Shown here: positions 8,310 to 16,336 of the stretch, piece after piece
Position numbering within the stretch: the first letter of the stretch is position 1
Layout of the letters: the number at the start of each line of letters is the position of its first letter
Origin: a virus
Taxonomy: Duplodnaviria > Caudoviricetes
IMG/VR virus record: IMGVR_UViG_3300037483_000243
Coordinates: 1-49,908 of that record
DNA: 49,908 bases
Direction: 5' to 3' (one strand)
Translations under genes and position numbers: made by a program
Notes under the pieces: generated by a model
What the model saw: only the letters and a program-made list of their open reading frames with translations
Told to the model about the DNA's origin: nothing
Databases searched by the model: none

Positions 8310-8836
8310 TCGCCGCGCACCCCGATGATGAGGTGTTGTTGGCTGGCGGGACTCTAGCCAAATACGGGGGCGACGTGTGGTTCGGGAACAAGGGCCGGCA
8401 GGATGGGACAGACCACATGTTCGACAACGAACCGCTCATCAACTGGACGCGGCAGGTAGAAGAGGCGATCACCTTCCGGCAACCGGACACTATCATCACT
8501 CATCATCCGGCCGACGTGAACAAGGATCACCGCGTCATCTTCGAGGCCGTCATGGCGGCGGCACGACCAACCACCTATCGCGGGGCCATCTGGTGCGGTG
8601 AGGTTCCCGGGTCCTCTGATTGGTGGCATGAACGGTTCACGCCCAACCTGTTCGTTGAGCTAACACAAGAGTACGTCACCAAAAAACTAGACGGGATGAT
8701 GGCCTACTGGTCTGAGTTGCGTAATCCTCCGCATCCACGAGCTACACCGGCAATCGCCGTCCGCGCACAATACTGGGGCGCCATCGCTATGTGCGACTAC
8801 GCCGAACCGTTTCAGATCATCCGGGAGATACGATGA
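8279..8836 (+). CDS. PIG-L/LmbE family N-deacetylase
   Basis: AAHPDDE..LAGGT, ITHH..DVNKDH, PN.FV, ELR..PHPR, AE.F. Confidence 0.88.
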   Translation: MADVLPRILVIAAHPDDEVLLAGGTLAKYGGDVWFGNKGRQDGTDHMFDNEPLINWTRQVEEAITFRQPDTIITHHPADVNKDHRVIFEAVMAAARPTTYRGAIWCGEVPGSSDWWHERFTPNLFVELTQEYVTKKLDGMMAYWSELRNPPHPRATPAIAVRAQYWGAIAMCDYAEPFQIIREIR

Positions 8837-9459
8837 CCCCCAACGTGGTGTGTATCATCCAGGCACGCATGGGCTCCCAGCGGTTTCCGGGGAAGGTGAT
8901 TGAGAGCTTAAGCGGATGGGTTGGTGGCCCGGACGTGCTGACTTTTGTTGTGCGACGGGCGCTAGAGAGTGGCCATGACACCATAGTGGCCGTGCCGGGG
9001 ACTGCCGAGAACATGAGGATCGCCCCGCACGCCGTCCCCGTGTTTCGGTATCAAGGGGAGGAAAATGATGTCCTCGGCCGTTATGCCGCATGTGCTCGCT
9101 ACCACAAGGCGGACGTGGTAGTCCGCATCACCGGAGACTGCCCGCTCGTTGATCCCGTCGCCATCCAGGGCCAAGTGAAGCGGCTCCTCGATACCGGGGC
9201 CATGTACGTGTCCAACATCTACCCGGTGCGGACCGTGCCAAGCGGTTTCGACGTGGAGGTATTCACGGCCACGGCGCTGTACGTGGCCGATGCGCTGGCC
9301 ACAGAGCCGTATGACCGGGAGCATGTGACGCCGTGGATACAGAAGCGATTTGCAAGGGAGGAACAGTGCCAAGGTTGTTATACCGACCGACCCCACCTCT
9401 CGTTCGACACTCCCGAAGACCTGGCCTTGATCCGCCGGGTCGCGGAGAAGATGCCATGA
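8833..9459 (+). CDS. Acylneuraminate cytidylyltransferase-like CMP-nonulosonate synthetase (SpsF/PseF type)
   Basis: IIQARMGS.RFPGKV, GEENDVL.RY, VRITGDCPLVDP, G.DVEVF, REHVTP, DTPEDL. Confidence 0.88.
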   Translation: MTPNVVCIIQARMGSQRFPGKVIESLSGWVGGPDVLTFVVRRALESGHDTIVAVPGTAENMRIAPHAVPVFRYQGEENDVLGRYAACARYHKADVVVRITGDCPLVDPVAIQGQVKRLLDTGAMYVSNIYPVRTVPSGFDVEVFTATALYVADALATEPYDREHVTPWIQKRFAREEQCQGCYTDRPHLSFDTPEDLALIRRVAEKMP

Positions 9460-9971
9460 TCCTGCGCCCCATTGAGCGGGACGACCTGCCGTGGATACGG
9501 AACCTACGAAACAGTCCCGAGGTCTACAGCCACGTCCGGGAACGGCGGTTGCTCACCCTAGCCGATCAAGAGGCCTGGTATGAGCGGCTGACCGCAGACG
9601 GGGGTCGGACCATGCTGTATTACTGGCTAGAGGGGCCAGGGTGGCATGGGGTCATCGGCCTGACGGAGATTGACTGGCTCAACCGATCGGCCGAGGTGGC
9701 GGTGATGACGAACCCGCCGACCAGGGAACCGGAAGTCTTGGGAACCCTCGCCACCTACGCCTTCTGGGTCTTGGGCCTCCACCGCCTGTACGCCGACACC
9801 CTGACCGACCGCCGGGCCCAAGTGTTCCGAGATGCCGGGTTTAGTCAGGAAGGGGAGGCTCGGGAGGCCTACTGGCGGGACGGTCGCTGGGTGACTGCGC
9901 TTCGGTGGTTTCGACTGTCCACGCCTCCCCCATCAACCCCAGAAACTCCGCCTTCCCCGGCTCCGGGATGA
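9456..9971 (+). CDS. GNAT N-acetyltransferase (PseH/RimJ-like)
   Basis: LRPIE..DL..IR.LRN, IDW.NR.AE, AF..LGLHRL, GF..EG..RE; pathway context suggests PseH role. Confidence 0.78.
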   Translation: MILRPIERDDLPWIRNLRNSPEVYSHVRERRLLTLADQEAWYERLTADGGRTMLYYWLEGPGWHGVIGLTEIDWLNRSAEVAVMTNPPTREPEVLGTLATYAFWVLGLHRLYADTLTDRRAQVFRDAGFSQEGEAREAYWRDGRWVTALRWFRLSTPPPSTPETPPSPAPG

Positions 9972-10089
9972 ACTCATGCCATTGGAGCCACCATGCCACC
10001 AGCCGGTCCAAGTAGTCGGGGCTGGAGACTCTGACCCGGAGCCGGAGAATCAGCGCCACAGGGCCAAATTAAGAGGATTAAGCACGGGT

Positions 10090-10434
10090 CTAGGTGGTCC
10101 GCCGATACTCGCCCCGCCAATGTAGCCGCCATTCCGCGTTCAGGCCAGAATGGCTTAAGCTGAAGATCACCATTCCCCGCTGGGTCGTGGTGATGGTCGC
10201 CGCCGTGCTCTGGACGGTCGCCCGGTACCGCCCATTGGTCCCCGTGACGTAGGGTAGGTTGGTGGCGGCGATCAATCGGTTGGCCGTGCTCGACGTGCTG
10301 GTGGCCTTCCAGACTTGGTAACTCAGTCCCGTCGAGCTGTTCAGGTAGCTCGACGCGCTCATGGTGCTGGACTTCACCTCGTCCATCATCACGAGCATGT
10401 CGTTGTTGTCAAACCACGCCGAAGCATGCGCCAT
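10090..10434 (-). CDS. Virion appendage protein (BppU-N/Ig-like), Ser/Thr-rich
   Basis: Beta-rich 114 aa, YVTGTNGRYRATV; last gene of the 10.1-13.8 kb structural block. Confidence 0.5.
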   Translation of the reverse strand: MAHASAWFDNNDMLVMMDEVKSSTMSASSYLNSSTGLSYQVWKATSTSSTANRLIAATNLPYVTGTNGRYRATVQSTAATITTTQRGMVIFSLSHSGLNAEWRLHWRGEYRRTT

Positions 10435-10443
10435 ACCGCCTCC

Positions 10444-11502
10444 CTAGTCTAATCCGCCGGATGCCGTGCCGGACATCTTCGGGGTCAGGGTTGCCGTGCC
10501 ATCGAGCCGGGCGACCAGGATCGCCGTGCCGTGGGCATGGCCCGTGAGCCCAAGGACTGCGGTCGCTGCATCGGTCAACGCCAAGGTATCGCTATCCGTG
10601 ACCACCACCAGCAGGATGGACCCGCCGATCTCGACTACGGCGGATTCCCCCAACGTCCCGGCATCAAGCGCCGTGTACAACTCATTGAGGGCACCGGCAT
10701 CAGTGACGGTCAGGCTGTCTATCTCAATGACTTCTGGGGTAGCACTCACCGGCAGTTCAGGATCTTGGAACGTCTGCGTCCCGACCCCAATCACTACCAC
10801 ACCGTCGGCCTGGGCCAGCGCCTCGGTATCCACAAGGCTCACCACCAACGCCACGGCTTCGGTGAGCGTCAGGGGGTCACTATCCGTCAACTCCAGAGCC
10901 GATTGGGCATCAATCTGTCCCGCATCGGCGATGCTCAGGGTATCACTGGACTCCACCGCAATAGCGGCGGATTCGGTAAGTATCCCTTCGGCTACGAGAT
11001 CATTGACGGCGATCTCATAGTCATCCTCGGACAGCGTGATGGCTTCAGTCGGCTGATCGAGGATCGAGCCATCGGGATCAGCGAGCGTGAGGGCATCGGT
11101 CGCCGTCAGGAATTCAATGGGGACGGCGGTCCCGGATTCCGCGAGCGTCCCCCCGTCGGCCGTGTCCGCATAGTCCAGTTGGCTACTGGACGCCACCAGC
11201 GTGAGGGCATCGGTGTCCGTAGGGGTGGTCGTCTGTTCGGCGAGCGCCGTGCTCTCCGCGAGCGTCCCAGTCTCACCATCAGTGTACGGAGCGGTGACCG
11301 TCCCAGCATCGGCCAGCGTCCCGGTCTCCGCCGTGGCGGTGACGGTGGCGGTTCCCGATTGCGTCTCGCTGAGGGTGGCGCCGTCTTCCCCGCCGAATCC
11401 GCCTTCCTCGGTCAGGCTGGCGGTGTTGACGGTATCCGCGTAGTCGAGTTGGGTACTCGACTCCGTCAGGGTTAGGACATCGGAATCGGTGAACTCCGGC
11501 AC
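10444..11502 (-). CDS. Highly acidic repetitive fibre-like structural protein
   Basis: Recurrent (D/E)-x-(L/G)-T-L-x-(E/D) units; duplicated SS.QLDYADT; basic residues only near the C-terminus. Confidence 0.6.
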   Translation of the reverse strand: MPEFTDSDVLTLTESSTQLDYADTVNTASLTEEGGFGGEDGATLSETQSGTATVTATAETGTLADAGTVTAPYTDGETGTLAESTALAEQTTTPTDTDALTLVASSSQLDYADTADGGTLAESGTAVPIEFLTATDALTLADPDGSILDQPTEAITLSEDDYEIAVNDLVAEGILTESAAIAVESSDTLSIADAGQIDAQSALELTDSDPLTLTEAVALVVSLVDTEALAQADGVVVIGVGTQTFQDPELPVSATPEVIEIDSLTVTDAGALNELYTALDAGTLGESAVVEIGGSILLVVVTDSDTLALTDAATAVLGLTGHAHGTAILVARLDGTATLTPKMSGTASGGLD

Positions 11503-12207
11503 TTAGACGTACCGGATGAGGATGGATTCCGTAATCGGCAAGGCGCTTGCTGCTACTGCTATCTCCCCCGCAAGGGTTCCCCATAGGGCCGACGTGATGG
11601 TTCCACTCGGGCTAGTATCCTCGCCAATCTGGTAGGCCACAGCAATTAAGACGCTGCCACCAAGAACGGCATCGTATACCTCGGTCCAACCCGCTTCAAA
11701 CGTGACGGCTGCGCCTGTATTGTTGGAGACAATCCAGAAGATACCTGCGTTGTTCACCGCATCAGCAAACGCAGCCAATGTAGCCGCAGGGTCTGCGCTT
11801 GTCGCTGTAGTACCGGTAGGCGACTGTACGTTAGGGGTCGTCGCGTGCTGGCCAGTAACGTCCAGACAGGCCCAAGCGGCAGCTGTTGAGGTAGCTGGCC
11901 CAGCGATATTATTATCAATGCTAATCGCGCCAGTCGTTTCTGAACCGGCAATGACGCGATACCGAAACAACGTGCGCCGCGTGGCACCAGCAGGCATGGT
12001 TCTGGACTGCAAGAGTGTGATGGTCAGGCCAGCCAGTGTCAGCGTCGGCTCGGGTGGATTGATTGTATCTACCCGCGCGATGACGACTGCTAATTCATAG
12101 AGGTGACCCACTAACCAAGTCCGTGAACTGGTGGTATAGGGATCACCAGCCGAACGGTCAGTCGTGTCAATCGCGGGAGCGATAAAGCCAGCAATGCCAA
12201 TAGCCAT
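11503..12207 (-). CDS. Putative virion appendage/fibre protein
   Basis: A/T/G-rich beta protein, lower GC than genome; within structural block. Confidence 0.5.
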   Translation of the reverse strand: MAIGIAGFIAPAIDTTDRSAGDPYTTSSRTWLVGHLYELAVVIARVDTINPPEPTLTLAGLTITLLQSRTMPAGATRRTLFRYRVIAGSETTGAISIDNNIAGPATSTAAAWACLDVTGQHATTPNVQSPTGTTATSADPAATLAAFADAVNNAGIFWIVSNNTGAAVTFEAGWTEVYDAVLGGSVLIAVAYQIGEDTSPSGTITSALWGTLAGEIAVAASALPITESILIRYV

Positions 12208-12211
12208 CGCC

Positions 12212-13153
12212 CTAGACCTCCACTGCGGTCATGCGCCAGATCCGCACTGCGTCGTACCACAGACTCTGGAGTTGCGGAGCAGAACGGTTGAACACCGCGT
12301 GATATTGAATCAATCCGGCAAACGTGCTCGTCTTGGCATAGACCAACCCAAACGCTGGGTCCGCCGGGTCACTTCCGTCGTAGTCAAGGACTAGTGATCC
12401 GTCAATCCACATCTGGGCAATGCCATCGCCGGTGCCAATGGCACTTTGTTTCACGAACTTCACGGTATACCGATGCCACACCCCGTTGGCCAGTGATGCA
12501 GGCCGAAGATCAACGCCAGACGTGCCGTCATTGAGATGCTGACGAAGCCGGATCAGCGGATCGCCGTTCTCCGCCGCCACCGCGATTTTCCATCGGAGGC
12601 CAGCCAGTGTGCCGTAGATGTTGGGCGCTGCCGGCTCACTCGTCGCACCCATATCACAGCGGCCATCTCCAACCCCGCCTTGGCGCCACGCAATGAGGAA
12701 CTTCGAGGCGTTGCCTCCGCAGGGCGTGTTCCCCCAGTCATAGAGAGTGCCACCAGGGAGACTCGCATCGGCTGCAATGCGAAAATAGAGCGAGGTAAAG
12801 CACGTTCGGTACTGCGATCCGATTGAAGCGCCTTTCTCGATCAGCACATCAGCATCACCTGGGCAGCCCTCAGGGTCTTGCCAGTCAATACGAAGTGACT
12901 GGGAGCCTTCGGCCGCGATACTAGTGTCAAGATTCAGTGTTCCTCTTGTCTCGCGTCTCGCGGGATACGCAGCTTTAAGCGCCGCGATATCCGCGTAGCT
13001 CTCGAAATCCTCGTAGTAGACTGAGGTATGAATACTACTATCAAACACCGGTTCCCCTGCATTGGCGCTTGAGCTATCAGCCAACGTCAGATCGTCCGTC
13101 CCCGTGACCCCCACCTCTTGGAGCCCCGGGGCCAGCCGCTGGGTCACCGTCAT
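12212..13153 (-). CDS. Putative carbohydrate-binding/polysaccharide-lyase-like jelly-roll virion protein
   Basis: YEDFES, EGSQSLRI, K.LI, WHRYTV, DG..QMWIDG.LVL, WYD.VRI pattern of LamG/PL-type folds; N-terminus has the TDDLTLADS repeat seen in 10444-11502; ATG 13153 preferred over the track start. Confidence 0.55.
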   Translation of the reverse strand: MTVTQRLAPGLQEVGVTGTDDLTLADSSSANAGEPVFDSSIHTSVYYEDFESYADIAALKAAYPARRETRGTLNLDTSIAAEGSQSLRIDWQDPEGCPGDADVLIEKGASIGSQYRTCFTSLYFRIAADASLPGGTLYDWGNTPCGGNASKFLIAWRQGGVGDGRCDMGATSEPAAPNIYGTLAGLRWKIAVAAENGDPLIRLRQHLNDGTSGVDLRPASLANGVWHRYTVKFVKQSAIGTGDGIAQMWIDGSLVLDYDGSDPADPAFGLVYAKTSTFAGLIQYHAVFNRSAPQLQSLWYDAVRIWRMTAVEV

Positions 13154-13173
13154 TAGGGTCACAACTGGGACCC

Positions 13174-13764
13174 TTAACTGAGCGTCAGCGTCACGGTGAA
13201 GGTCCACTGGGCCGCGCTGGTCTTGGTGCCCAGGCTCTGGACCTTCCGGTTCAGCATCCGTCGGCTCGCGCCGGTCGAGTTGAACAGCCCCCACTCTTTC
13301 CAGGCAAAGTTGGCCTGCGCCGTGGTGAACAGGGACCGCCACGAGGCCGACCGCGCGGCCGTGCTGGTGCCCGTGGTGTGGGTCGGATAGCCCGACTCCA
13401 TGCCGTCATACGTCTTGTTGGGTGCCGTGGCCTGGAGGTCGGTCTGTGACGCCGCGGCTGTGGCAGTACTGATGCCGACGCCAATGCGGGATGTGCCCGA
13501 GCTGAACCCTTGGAGCACGGCGCCCGTGGCACTCGTGGTCGGGTTCAACACGATCAGGCGCTTCCAGATCACATCCGCCCCGCCGTTGGCCAGCGTATTC
13601 CCTTCGCCATGGATCGTCTCGTAGTCGCCGGCATCATGCTCCCCATCCGGCGCAATCCACCGCTTCTCAATCTGGTACTGACAGCGCCACTTGATTCCCT
13701 GATTGGCGAGGCTTGCCGCCCCGACCCGGCCACTGTCACTGAGTTGTCCGCGTTCGAACGCCAT
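13174..13764 (-). CDS. Tail-collar/fibre-base-like structural protein
   Basis: IGVG..T.....TDL, F...QANF.WKEWGLFN, MLNRKV..LGTKT pattern common in phage fibre-base proteins. Confidence 0.6.
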   Translation of the reverse strand: MAFERGQLSDSGRVGAASLANQGIKWRCQYQIEKRWIAPDGEHDAGDYETIHGEGNTLANGGADVIWKRLIVLNPTTSATGAVLQGFSSGTSRIGVGISTATAAASQTDLQATAPNKTYDGMESGYPTHTTGTSTAARSASWRSLFTTAQANFAWKEWGLFNSTGASRRMLNRKVQSLGTKTSAAQWTFTVTLTLS

Positions 13765-13768
13765 GTCC

Positions 13769-14053
13769 TTATCCCTCCGATGAAGTGTGACCTACCGCCA
13801 TCTCGCCCTTGTGCGTTACCCGCTTGCCATAGAACTGCGCGGCGTCTATCCCGGCCCAGACGGACAGGAAGCCCAGCCATTCCCAGGACGGCGCCCACCC
13901 GCCGGGCGTAGCTAGCCAGTAGCGGACCGCCGTCCCAAACCCCAGCAGCAGCGTCACCAGGATGCGCGCCTGTGTGGTCGGCACCTTGCCCAGCATCGTG
14001 AGCGCGGTGTCGATGGTCTGCCTGGTCGCCTCACTTAGCCGTGCGGGGCTCAT
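13769..14053 (-). CDS. Holin-like membrane protein
   Basis: Two hydrophobic segments, basic C-terminal KR. Confidence 0.5.
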   Translation of the reverse strand: MSPARLSEATRQTIDTALTMLGKVPTTQARILVTLLLGFGTAVRYWLATPGGWAPSWEWLGFLSVWAGIDAAQFYGKRVTHKGEMAVGHTSSEG

Positions 14054-14256
14054 GGTGTCCTCCGCATCAGGAAGGCGCGCAGGTCCCGCATCTCCTGCCG
14101 CGTCTCCGCATGAATCGCGGCCATGACTTCCATCTGTGCCTCCACGGCTGAGAGACGGGTGGCCAAGGACAGATGCACGGCCAGCCCCGCTACGAGTGCC
14201 CCGATGAGCGCCGAGATCAGCGCCAGCCCGACCTTCTCCCGACTCGGGATCGTCAC
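14050..14256 (-). CDS. Membrane-anchored coiled-coil protein (XhlA/holin-associated-like)
   Basis: GTG 14256; TM LALISALIGALVAGLAV followed by heptad RLSAVEAQM...MRDLRAFL. Confidence 0.55.
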   Translation of the reverse strand: MTIPSREKVGLALISALIGALVAGLAVHLSLATRLSAVEAQMEVMAAIHAETRQEMRDLRAFLMRRTP

Positions 14257-14612
14257 CGAACCACCAGCCCCAGCGCGAACCCCAGCGCGGCCCCGAGCTG
14301 TGGGGTGAGCGCGTCCATCCAGGTGTCCGTCGTGACGTCTGGCTTTTTGGATTTCCCGAGCTCGGCGCCCCAGTACAAGCCGGCGACCCAGAGCGTCGCG
14401 CCCCCGAGGATTGGTAGCGCCGGGCTCCACCAACCCCCGAGCACCGCGGTGTCGAACCCCATCGCCAGCAGGATCAGGCCGTGCGCGACCCAGGTCCGCT
14501 CGTCCTGCGCCCACGTCCAGGCCTCGACCCGGTGGTAGAACGGGCGCAGCGGGCCGGCCGCGATCAGCACGACCACGGCCAGGAGGGCGAGGGCGACGAG
14601 GCGGGGGATCAT
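14253..14612 (-). CDS. Multi-pass membrane protein
   Basis: 3-4 hydrophobic segments; coupled to the portal stop. Confidence 0.55.
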   Translation of the reverse strand: MIPRLVALALLAVVVLIAAGPLRPFYHRVEAWTWAQDERTWVAHGLILLAMGFDTAVLGGWWSPALPILGGATLWVAGLYWGAELGKSKKPDVTTDTWMDALTPQLGAALGFALGLVVR

Positions 14613-16336
14613 GGCATCCCCTCTTTTCCTCCACCGTCTTCGTCCTCATCAGAGACGCCCAACGCCGTCAACGCCCGTTCCATCATCCGCATCATCCGCA
14701 GTTGGGACCGCCGGCCGGCCGGGCCTGTCGTGGGCGCGGTGCCTTCAAGGTGTTGCTCATGGAGGGCAATGGCCTGCTTGAGTTCCCTGATAGCCGTGGG
14801 CACATCCATCATACCGGTATGGATCATGACCGCTTTCTCCGTCTTGGTAGGCCGACTAGCTTCCGCCCGCATCCGTTCCGCATCGGCGCCTGTGCGCTCC
14901 ATCTCCGCACGAGCGCCATCAAGTTCGGTCTTGGCCGCCTCGCGGTCCATCGCCTCTTGTTCCTTGGCTCGCTGCTCGTCCTCGATCTCCCGTTGCTCGA
15001 TCTCATCTTCCGTCAATTCGGGAAAGTCGAGTTTACTGCGCACCACGTTTTCCACCACAGGATCAGGAAAGAGCGGCATGCCTGCCCCCGTCATCTTGGC
15101 GACGGCTTCGGCCCACCCCACCACATCCTCGAACTCCACATCGTCAAAGACGAGATGGGGGGGCTGTTCGACGGCAAGGCCATTGAGGGCCATGACACGC
15201 GGAATCGCATGGCGGTTGATGACGCCGGCCACGCTGTCCAACAACGCGTTGACAGAGGTGGCAAAGAGCTGCGCCTTAGTATCGCCCAGCGACCGAGCGC
15301 CCACTTCCTGGTTCCCAAGCTGGATGAAGTCGGCAATCGCGGTCTTGAGGATGTCAGATTCGTACCGCTTGACCACCGGATCGGTCGGGACCTGCCGCTC
15401 GCCGCCACTCGTGAGTAGGGTCAACTCGTATTGCGGCTTATCGGTGTCCCCCCACATGTCCGAGGGAATCACCACGCCGGCTTGCTCATTCCGCTTGATG
15501 TCCGCAACGAGCTTCTTCCACTTCTCCATCTGGGTATCATCGGACATCACCTGTGCCGGTATCCGCATGACCGGCAAGCCGGCTAAGTCCCGCTCAATTC
15601 CGATGGCCTCGTACTCCTGAATCCGCTTGAGGAAGAACCACGGCCGGTAGGCGTTCCGCAGTAAGCTGCGGCCTTCGGGGTTGTTCTTGTACGCGAACAG
15701 GCGAAAGAGGAGCGCCTTATCCAGTGGGATGAAGGCATAGGTGCCCGTGGCCGGATCGAGCTGGTGCATGCCGGACAGCCCGCCATCGTCGGCGAACTCC
15801 CAGCGCCACCGTGTCTCCTGCGCACGGATCGGCCATTTACGCCAAGATAGGAAGCCGTCGTCGTGGTGACTGGATTTCCCGGGCTCCGACTGCTGCCCCT
15901 GGCGGACCTTGTAGACGAGCTCATGGTAACTGAACCCATAGACCGCACACGACAAGATCTCTGAGAGCGTGTCGGGCCATGACATGGACATATCGTCCAG
16001 GCTGGAAAGGATTAGCTCCTTTGCCTGATTGTCAGCGTTGGATTCCCCGCCCGCTTCTACGCGCTTGCCGGTCCCGCGGGCCAGCATTTCCAAGACAAAC
16101 AGCAAGGCCCCCACGGCAGAACTGTTGTCCCGCATCTCCCGGTAGACGGCGAGGGCCTTGTCCCCGGAGAGTTGGGGCAACCGTTCCTCGGAGATGAACC
16201 CACCAGTCCGCCGCAAGCCCGTGGTGCCCAGTTCGACCATCGGCCCAATGCGAGCGACAGGATGCGGTCGCCCACCAGTTAGGGCAGCCAGCTGGCCGGC
16301 AAACCCGGGATCGGCCTTGCGGGTCATGTGGGTCAT
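14609..16336 (-). CDS. Portal protein (Mu gp29/DUF935-like)
   Basis: ELG.TGL, YREMRDN, YGFS.HE.VYK, NNPEGRSLLRNAY.PW, GIERDLAGLP; follows terminase. Confidence 0.88.
   Translation of the reverse strand: MTHMTRKADPGFAGQLAALTGGRPHPVARIGPMVELGTTGLRRTGGFISEERLPQLSGDKALAVYREMRDNSSAVGALLFVLEMLARGTGKRVEAGGESNADNQAKELILSSLDDMSMSWPDTLSEILSCAVYGFSYHELVYKVRQGQQSEPGKSSHHDDGFLSWRKWPIRAQETRWRWEFADDGGLSGMHQLDPATGTYAFIPLDKALLFRLFAYKNNPEGRSLLRNAYRPWFFLKRIQEYEAIGIERDLAGLPVMRIPAQVMSDDTQMEKWKKLVADIKRNEQAGVVIPSDMWGDTDKPQYELTLLTSGGERQVPTDPVVKRYESDILKTAIADFIQLGNQEVGARSLGDTKAQLFATSVNALLDSVAGVINRHAIPRVMALNGLAVEQPPHLVFDDVEFEDVVGWAEAVAKMTGAGMPLFPDPVVENVVRSKLDFPELTEDEIEQREIEDEQRAKEQEAMDREAAKTELDGARAEMERTGADAERMRAEASRPTKTEKAVMIHTGMMDVPTAIRELKQAIALHEQHLEGTAPTTGPAGRRSQLRMMRMMERALTALGVSDEDEDGGGKEGMP

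Noticed and set aside
3152-9971. Host LPS/capsule locus or serotype-conversion cassette
   Set aside because: Genes are coupled to phage genes, share the phage late motif and are miniaturised; no flippase, polymerase or Gtr-type genes. Not formally excluded without reads.
9841-10059. 72-aa minus-strand ORF
   Set aside because: Overlaps the GNAT gene 3' end convergently by about 130 bp with no recognisable motif; may be real but unsupported.
14411-15620. Long plus-strand ORFs (also 391-1123, 10466-11475, 32815-34188, 43046-44066, 45847-46734, 47234-48199)
   Set aside because: Antisense shadows of well-supported minus-strand genes, expected in high-GC DNA.
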